Source of the DNA: Octopus vulgaris
Taxonomy: Eukaryota
Direction: 5' to 3'
Assembly (NCBI GenBank): GCA_951406725.2
Contig: OX597815.1
Coordinates: forward strand, 122,822,001-122,886,000
DNA: 64,000 nucleotides
Shown: positions 54,542 through 64,000 of the stretch, piece by piece
Layout: every line of letters begins with the position of its first letter
How positions within the stretch are numbered: the stretch's first letter is position 1
Program-made: the position numbers and the translations under genes
Notes under the pieces: model-generated
What the model was told of the DNA's origin: nothing
Databases searched by the model: none
The model's input: only the letters and a program-made list of their open reading frames with translations

Positions 54542-55260
54542 GTGTGTATGGGGGTGTGGGGGTGTATAACATATCGGGTGTAGGATGCAAGAGGTGGGGT
54601 AGTACCTCACAGTGAGAGGTAGTTGCTTCCTTTCAAGGGGTTGACCAGGATCCTATTTGGTTCCCACCGCTACAACATACTCGCCCACGGCTCCACGGAT
54701 GCTATAGCGTACCTGGTTCCTGGTTTCGACTGACTAGCTAAATTTCGTTTATATCTGAGAGTGGGAATATCTGTATCTCTAGATATCGAAATACGGAACG
54801 GTGAAGAATATAGAAGATCCAAACAGATTGAAGGTGCGACAGTAGGGTATGTGACACGCTATAACACAGGTCGAGTCGAGACACAGGTAACATCGGTAGT
54901 CATCGTGAAGGGAATTGGGACCCCATCGCGTTTTATTCAAAAGAAATGTCAATAATGATCCAAAAGAAAGCAAACAGTAATGAAACTGGAGAGTTAGTGA
55001 GTTGCTCCCTGGATACAGGAGTCGGGGTACCTGGATGATGATACATACATACATACATACACACATACATACATACATACATACATACATACATACATAC
55101 ATACATACATACATACATACGTAAGTTCCTTGCCATCAGCTAAATTAACTACGCCCCCGACATAAATACAGATTAAATGTCCTGTTCTGTCTAATGCCTT
55201 CTGAGTCCAAATGTAGCCAGAATTGAGTTTTCTTTTTCCTTTACAGTCGATAAATACAGG

Positions 55261-55338
<78 letters not shown>

Positions 55339-55978
55339 GCACTTTGCTTAAGAAATTAATATTTCAATATGTAAGCCACATGTGCGATCATTAGAAGTTT
55401 TTACATACACGTGGATAACACAGAACATTTAAAATATCTATTTTCAAACCGGAATTTTCTAGATTTTCATCCACGTAACATAACAAAAATTGCTTTTCTC
55501 TCTTCCTTTCTGGGAAAGACATGAAACTATTTTTTAAAATTTGTGGATGGGCATAGTTGATTGTATCTTTTACTATTTTGGTTTCTTTTGATTAGATTCG
55601 CAGGTAGTGTTTACGAAAAACTACACATGGTTCACTAAAGAATTCGCCAAAAGTGTTAGCAAAGTAATTCAAGCGAAATATTTTTAACAGGAAATTTAAA
55701 CTGCAGCGCAGTGTCAGTTTATCGAGAACTTTTCTTTTAATTGCCATTAACTCTTAATAAATTACTAGAATTTGTTTATTGAATTATTTCACCTACAGGT
55801 GCGCGCGCACGCACACACACATACACACATATATATGCATATATATATATATATATATATATATACTTATGTTGACATTAATAGCCGATCAAAATGCATC
55901 GTAGCTCTTCGGTCCGACATTCGAAACAATAATGAGAACCTTTTACTGTTTGTTCTAAATTGTGACATATATAAATAA

Positions 55979-56050
<72 letters not shown>

Positions 56051-56067
56051 GTGTGTGTGTGTGTACG

Positions 56068-56107
<40 letters not shown>

Positions 56108-56217
56108 ACATATACTCATATCAGAGTAACTCACTGTAAATATTACTAAGATTAAAATAAAAATTATCCCCTCAAAAAAGCCAGCTCTACTCATTCTTTC
56201 AAATGTACGTATACATA

Positions 56218-56266
<49 letters not shown>

Positions 56267-56693
56267 AAATGACTGAAGCGTAAAATATCTGACTATGCCA
56301 GATATATATTTTTTAATTTAAAGTTCAGTTTCCATTATTGTTATGAAGTAAAACATTTTGTCATCTTCTAACCGGAAATTTTATATTTGGATTAAAGGTT
56401 TCAATAAGACTTTCGTAGTTAAAGAGTTATCCGCTTCTCATTATTTATGCCATTTAATTATTTTTTCCGAACATTCTCATCTTCGTGTTTTTAAAAAAAT
56501 TTTTGCACAGCATACATACATACATACATACATGCATGCATGCATGCATACATACATACATACATACATACATACATACATACATACATACATACATACA
56601 TACATACATGCATACATCATACATACATACATACATATATACATACATAAATATATATATACATACATATATACATACATACACACACACACA

Positions 56694-56747
<54 letters not shown>

Positions 56748-58706
56748 TACACGTACAAGTGCTAATTAAGTTAGACATAGCCTGGACCAATCTTTGGTCG
56801 AAACATATCTAAGATTTGTCTAAGTTTTTAAGTTTTATTTATATGTGTATATACAATATATATGTGTGTGTATGTATGTGTGTGTCTGCCCGCGCGCACG
56901 CGTGTATGCATGTATGTATGATAGTTTGTGCGTGCATCTCTGCTATTTATCTACGCGAGTTGAAGAAAAAATATGGCTTCAACCGGGAACCGAAATTGCA
57001 TCGCTGGCTTTAATTATACGGAGTTATATCAACGATTGTATTGAAAACTGAATTTCGTATTAGGTTTTTTTCTTTCTTTTTTCATTTTTAATTGCTATCG
57101 AATATTAATTCTATGCCTTTACATTTCTGTTATTTTTATCCATTTACAAGTGATTCCTATCAATAAATACGATACAGGAAAGAAGGAATTAGTCAGAGGC
57201 ATAGGAAATGTGAAGGAACCAGGTGGAGGAGAGGTAGTTTCCCCAATCTTGGGCGCAGGTGTAAAGAGGGGTAGTTTTCCTCTGCTCTTCAATGTCTGTT
57301 AATGAAAGCGGGGTGGGGAGCTAAAGTGTCATTGGCCACACCCCTGGGGCTGAGAACCTTTGCCCCCGTCTTTGGAATTAATCAAGTATGTTGGGTGTAG
57401 TTCCAGCTGGAGATCTAATTAATGCCATAAATTTTAATTTACATCTGATAGGCGCTGACGTGACTGTGTGGAGTAAGAAGTTCGCTATGCAAGTACGTGG
57501 TTTTGTGTTCAATCCCACTGCGTGGCACCTTGGGCTGATGTCTTCTACTATTGCCCCAAGCAGCACAATGCCTTGTGAATAAATTTGGTTGCCAGAAACT
57601 GTGACGAAACGCGTCGTATGCCTGTGTGTGTGTTCCATACCCACCACTTGACAACTAGTGTTGGTTGATTTACGTCTCCGTAACCTAGCGGTTCGACAAA
57701 AGACCAATAAAATAAGTCCCAGACTTTTGAAAAAATAAGTAAGTATTGGGTTCGGGTTATGCCCCAGCATGGCCACAGTCCAGTGACCGAAACAAGTAAA
57801 AATTATGCTTAGTTTCAGTTGTTGTTATCGTATTGATTGAGCTGATTGAGCTGACCTATGATCAAAGGCATTCCAAACGTGGCCATCCAGTCCTGTATAT
57901 TTAAATCTACCGTGTTAAAATCTGTGGGAAGCCTCTTCCGGTCGTTCGACTTGCTAGAAATAACACCAACTTCCGTTAAATCACACCTTACTATCTTAAA
58001 CAGATTATGCTTCATAATATGGACCGGTGCCAGTGGAAATGACTAACAGTTTGAATAGCCTACAGTTTCAAGATGGTGTACCATGCCAGATAGAACCACT
58101 TAAATATCTGGCTAGTCAACTGAGAGAGCCTCTTTGCGACCACGCCACATGCTAGAAAGAGAAGCCAAATTTTTATCTAATCACACACTATTGACTAGAA
58201 AAACTCATATGTTGGATAATATAGACCCGGGCTTTCTGCCAACGGCGGCACGGTCTCCGCTGGAACGCCTTTCAACATAGGCCTACTAGATCAGTACTGA
58301 CCTTTAGATCAGCCCTGATCGAGCTATACAACAAGAGCTTCAATATTTGATTTCTTCGCGAAGAGTATCCACATAATTGAATGAGAAATCATATTTTTTT
58401 CTCATACATTTACATATTTTTCTCACACGTACGTTATATGCATTTTTTCTCATCCCAACATTACATACATATTTTCTCATCCTTATATTATATGCGTCAG
58501 AATTATGCAGTTCGAATAATATGTATTTCATTCTTATTTATTATTCAGATACAGTAAATGGCTGGCTGATCAGTCGAACATCGGTATGGCCTATAAATAG
58601 ATAAAGTATTAATTTTGAGAGGAAAGGAAATGAGAAGGTAAGACGAAAATGTAAACCACACCGTAGACTCAACACTCCAGACGTTTAATTACTCTGCATT
58701 ATTATT

Positions 58707-58765
<59 letters not shown>

Positions 58766-59814
58766 TTTTACTTGTTTCAGTCACTGGATCGCACCCATGC
58801 TGGGGCACCGCCTTCATGGATTTAGTCGGATAAATCTTATTTTTTCTGGTACATATTCTACTGGTTACTTTTATCGAACTGCTAGGAGGATGTAAACAAA
58901 CCAACACCGGTTATCAAGCCGGTAGGGGGACAAACACTCACACACACACACACACATATATATATTTGATAGAATCTCCCGTCGTAGACGACTTATGAGT
59001 GTTCAGTATTTGCTGAATGATTTGCACAAATGATCTGTTTATAGTGATCAAATCTTTGAGCTGTACATCAACGCACTCCCTCCATCAAATCGTCTTTGCT
59101 TGAGCAGTTGCACAATGTACCACATGTCAGGTATTGAAGTGATCGCTGAGCAACATGAAATAAACTGTTTTGCTCAAGAACACAACGCACCACCTAGTCC
59201 AGGAACTGAAACCCCGATGTCTGATCGTGAGTGTAACACCCTAACCGCTAGGTCGTGCGCCATCTGTCAACCCAATTTACTCACAAAGCATTGGTCGACC
59301 CGTGGCTATAGCAGAAGATTGAATCCGAAACCACGATGATGCAAAGCAAGCTTATATCTACGTAATGTACTTTTGTCTAAAGATTAGCTCATTTTAACAT
59401 GTATATAAGACATGTGTAAGAGAAAATATTCAAATAACAGTGCATATAAACATTATATGTACCGAATTCTTTCATTGTAAAGTGGAGTCCTTAGAAATAA
59501 AATTGAGACATTCACTCCCGAGAATATTTCAGCAACGAAAGGTCTTCCCACGTCCGAGTTTACACGAGCGTATTAAATATGATTGTATACGCCTGCATTT
59601 CATCCAACGCTGCTTCGTGCGCCTTTAATGGATGCATGTATAATCATTGGGGTTCACGAATAGTAAAATGGTACCACTATTAGCAGTTTAATTTGCCAAA
59701 GTCACATAATGAAATAAATGTTTTATATTTTTATATCTACGGGGAGCTGCAGTAGAAAGAGTCACCCGAGCCTCTCGATCCACCCATCGCAGTTACGTAT
59801 GGCATATGTCTGTA

Positions 59815-59893
<79 letters not shown>

Positions 59894-59996
59894 TTATCTA
59901 TACATACATACATACAAACATACATACATGCATGCATGCATGCATGCATACATACATACATACATACATACATACATACATACATACATACATACA

Positions 59997-60026
<30 letters not shown>

Positions 60027-60027
<1 letters not shown>

Positions 60028-60046
60028 GACACCATACCTCTCATAA

Positions 60047-60103
<57 letters not shown>

Positions 60104-60125
60104 GGTTATGAGAGGTATGGTGTCA
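60027..60125. repeat. ~25-bp perfect inverted repeat around (TA)n
   Basis: tgacaccatacctctcataacctat (TA)n ataggttatgagaggtatggtgtca. Confidence 0.9.
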
Positions 60126-60253
60126 AAAAGACCCAAATATGTCAGGTAATGCTGAGTAAGTGCTATGGACAGACTATAGTTAAGCTCGGTGATTATGCGA
60201 ATGAGGAGTCCAACGTAGGTCATATATCAGCATGCGTATATATAAAAAAATTT

Positions 60254-60602
60254 ACAGAATGAAATAAAAATCCAAGGCTGTGAAAGATTTCAGAACATTT
60301 ATAAATAGAATGTCTTACAGCTGTTTCCGGAATATTTTATATATCTCTTCATCGGAGACGGTGTGAAAAGATGGTTAAGCAATAGTTATTCTAGATAAAA
60401 TATGAGAAGGGGAGGAATGAAAATAGACGTGCTCCACTTCACTCTCTATTTCATATCTTATCTAGGATAACTATTGCTTAACTATCTTCTCACAACGTCT
60501 CCGATGAAGGGATATATAAAATATCTCGGAAACAACTGTAAGACCTTCTATTTATAAATGTTCTGAAATCTTTTACAGTCTTGGATTTTTATCTCATTCT
60601 GT
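60254..60602. mobile_element. Inverted Penelope-like termini with HHR variants at 60312-60359 (-) and 60497-60544 (+)
   Basis: gtct CCGATGA a gggatat..atatctc g GAAA c a(g/a)ct GTA agac. ~150-bp arms flanked by TA tracts. Confidence 0.75.
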
Positions 60603-60651
60603 CCATTTATATATATATATATATATATATATACACGCGCACGCACACACG

Positions 60652-60689
<38 letters not shown>

Positions 60690-60699
60690 CTGCATATGT

Positions 60700-61530
60700 G
60701 GGAAATTTTGTCTCTGGGTGAGCTTGTGGAGTTGTTAGCTAACTCCTCCTACATTGTCTTATCGATTTTGATGAAACTTGACTCGTGACTAGAACTCATG
60801 TCTGGAAACCTCATGGCGTACTCAGATTGTTGAAAAAGTCGATAATAGGGCCTCTGGAAGAGATCATTTTATATATCTAATATATTTTATTTTAAAAACC
60901 AAGGGAAATAACCCATTCGCCCCTGGAAGAGATCCTTATATATAACCAAGGGAAATAGCCCATTCAGTTTCCTAAGTTATTTGATAAAAATGAAAGTGAG
61001 TATGCCTATTTCTTAGTATTTTAACTGTTAGAGCTATTTTCGCAATTTATCCAGTACAACCCTGAAACAAGTAAATAGAATTTTCCTAAACAACAGATCC
61101 ACTTATTTCGGTTAGTGACTTATTCACGAATATACCAACACTAGCGCCCCTGAGGGTAATATTCTCTGGGAATGTACAAAAGCCCTTTTCAGAGTTATTT
61201 ACTTTGAATTGTTATTATCTCATATCTGATTAGCCTATTATTACGTAACATGCTTCACGATTTTAGTATACATACCTTCTTAGTATTTCCTCTTATGTTC
61301 TATATTCTCTGAGAACGCATTAAAGCCCTTTTCGGGGCTACTTTATTTGAATTCTTACTATCGGGTAACTAAATTCATGTTATTACATAACTGACTTCAC
61401 AATTTAGGTATTCATAACTTATTGGGAATTTCTAAAAATAAGATCCTGTGTAAGACAGTTCGGTATTCTCTGTAAATGCACAAAAGCGGTTTTAAGGACT
61501 ATATACTTTGTATTGTTGTTATTGGATTAG
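60700..61530. mobile_element. Possible Helitron/Helentron-derived element with internal ~145-160-bp tandem units
   Basis: cgattttgatgaaactt motif near the start. aaagc(c/g)..tt...tttg.att.tt.tt units at ~61179, 61321 and 61481. Short duplications at 60850-60965. Confidence 0.4.
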
Positions 61531-61574
61531 CGATCAGTTATGAGAACGGAACCAAAGGATAAGCCCTACTTTCC

Positions 61575-61728
61575 CAGGAATTACCAAACAACTGATGAAG
61601 GGTCGTTCTTTGTGTTGTTTGTCTTGTTTTCTATTTGTGTCTTTCGTTGTTCGAAAACATAGTTCATATTCCATGTACTCGTACTTCGTATTTTTTGTGG
61701 TACACGTTTCGTGACGCCCTGTGCCCAC

Positions 61729-61730
<2 letters not shown>
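61575..61730 (+). mobile_element. 5'-truncated family 1-like Penelope terminus
   Basis: acaaCTGATGAaggg..gttcttt.tgttg...cctgtgcccacata(TA)n parallels 7494-7590. Confidence 0.6.
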
Positions 61731-61801
<71 letters not shown>

Positions 61802-63205
61802 TATCACTGTGAGGATTCGACAGCTGAACCTTCCCCATCCTTTTGAGCTACATAAATGCAAATTAAATGGCTAATGGAGGATCCATTGTAATAACTGAGA
61901 GCCACTAAGTTGGAATGCTAGCTACTCTCATCTCTGCGTGCACGCGCGTATATTCTTTATTCTTTTACTTGTGTCATTCATGCTTCAGTCATAATTCAGT
62001 TGACTGCGGCCAGGCTGAAGGGTTTTAGTCGAATAAATTGACCACAGGACTTTTTGTTTTAAATCTAGTACTTATTCTATCTTGTGCCGAACTTATTCTA
62101 TCTTGTGCCGAACCGCTAAGTTACAGAGGCGAAGACACACGAACATCGGTTGTCAAGCGGTGATGGGGGAGACAAACACACACACACATATATACACGAT
62201 GTGCTAGAGAGAGAGAGGGGGAAGAGATGGTAAGGCCACTTTGAATTAAGTGCAGAATATGAACATGCTTTATTAATACATACATACATACATACATACA
62301 TACATGCATACATGCACACATACATACATACATACATACATACATACATACATACATACATACATACATACAAATAAATGCATATTTCTATGTGCGTATC
62401 TGCGTGGCTTCATGGTTTATCGACGCAGCCTGCCGAAGGATCTACTCGCTCTTCTCCCTAAATGGCTTATATTTGGGATCAGGGATAACCCGAGAATGTT
62501 TCTGTGCTACTTTGGCCCTCCGACCTGCGGCACAAATTCGGACCACCCTTTAGTCGTTACGAACAAAATGCAAACTAAGAAGTATAGAGAATAACGAAGT
62601 TGGATATTGGTGGGATGACAATATTAACCAATTCAGGAACTGGATGACAAGTAGTGAAAATAATTAACATTTTTGAAACTCTCTTAGCTTTTACATATCC
62701 TTCGGCAGTGAAACACTTCGTTCGAGAGATGTTTCTGAGTCGCAGCCTTGTTATTCATCAAGTCTTTTCCATTCAGACGAAATTCATGAAACGCGAATTA
62801 ATAGTTTCTTCATATGAAGTCCATTCTCCCTGAAGAAACACTTTTTTTTAATGTCATAAACCATCTTTATTTTTCTTTCAAACGATTTTAAAAGAAAAAG
62901 ACTTTATTTATCACTATATATTCATAAGGAAACAAAGAAACAGAAAAAGAAAAACAAAGGAAAAAGAGGGGTGATGAGTAAGCAGCAGAAGATGGAGGGG
63001 GAGGAAGCAAAAGTCTGCACATCCCAGAATATATGGCATGTTCGGCCCGCCTCGCAGTCATGACCTGATATGTTGCCACGGAGAACGGCCAACGACACTC
63101 ACGACAGCAACCACTTGCCCTCGCGAGGCTCATTTCTCAGATGGAGCGCCGTTATTCTGATTATTGAAGAGGAAAACGATAGCGCGGGGTCCGAGAACAC
63201 CTGGG

Positions 63206-63705
63206 AGCATTTTCCTTGTTTCTGCCTGTCTCTTTCTCTCTTGTTTCTGCCTATCTCTGTCTCTGTCTCTCTTGTGGGTTCGAGGTCGTTGTGAATTATT
63301 GGCAGAGAAGAAGAAGAAGAAGAAGAAGAAGAAGAAGAAGAAGAAGAAGAAGAAGAAGAAGAAGAAAAATGCGGGAGTGCTATGATAGTAGTAGGATGTT
63401 AAATGGTCAATTGCCCTGAAAGTGACTTGTTGTGGATGGTAGTAGTGATTGAATCCTTGAGAATATTATAAACAATACATTCAGAAGAGATATCTCAAGA
63501 ATTCAATCGTTACTACCATCCACAACAAGTCATTTTCAGGACACTTGAGCGTTTAACTCCCGCATTCTTCTTCTTCTTCTTCTTCTTCTTCTTCTTCTTC
63601 TTCTTCTTCTTCTTCTTCTTCTTCTCTGCCAAGAATTCACAACGACCTCGAACATACAAGAGTAAACTAGAGAGACAGAGACAGGCAGAAACAAGGAAAA
63701 TGCTT
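63206..63705. repeat. Inverted repeat with (GAA)n/(TTC)n inside each arm
   Basis: 63206-63462 versus 63494-63705, e.g. gcattttccttgtttctgcctgtctct / agagacaggcagaaacaaggaaaatgc. Confidence 0.85.
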
Positions 63706-63906
63706 CTTGTATTTGAATACTTTGCAAATATTCTTTTTAAAAACTTTTCATTTAATTATTCCAAAATTTAATCGTTTTCCATACTTACAGTTGAAAAAAT
63801 CTCAATGACTGAAACCGGTACTGAAATTTTTTTAATAAAATTATTTTAGCATTTTCTACCTTGACATTTTTCCATATATATATATCAGCTCGTGTGTTCT
63901 CTTTCA

Positions 63907-63978
<72 letters not shown>

Positions 63979-64000
63979 TAGATATAATTATAATTAAGGG

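Overview
AT-rich, microsatellite-saturated eukaryotic DNA with no host protein-coding gene I can support. The tRNA-derived SINE families and (TA)n/(CATA)n/(ATT)n tracts look like an octopus intergenic or intronic region (inference). Nearly all listed ORFs are microsatellite or SINE artefacts. The window holds many SINEs, decayed LINE ends (RTE, CR1/L2-like, R4/Dong, HERO-like), a mariner end, several MITEs, a composite Helitron, and many Penelope-like element (PLE) termini, often as long inverted repeats. Several termini carry ordinary minimal type I hammerhead ribozyme (HHR) motifs. The main finding is that three unrelated retroelement ends (7427-7504; 8520-8592 with inverted copy 7853-7925; 31800-31864) contain the hammerhead core nucleotides in a re-ordered, double-pseudoknotted arrangement: 5'-P2-Px-P3'-NUH-P1-P2'-GAAA-P3-Px'-P1'-CUGANGA-3'. 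This is not one of the type I/II/III circular permutations, and the helix sequences differ between families. All pairings were read by eye; nothing was computed or searched.
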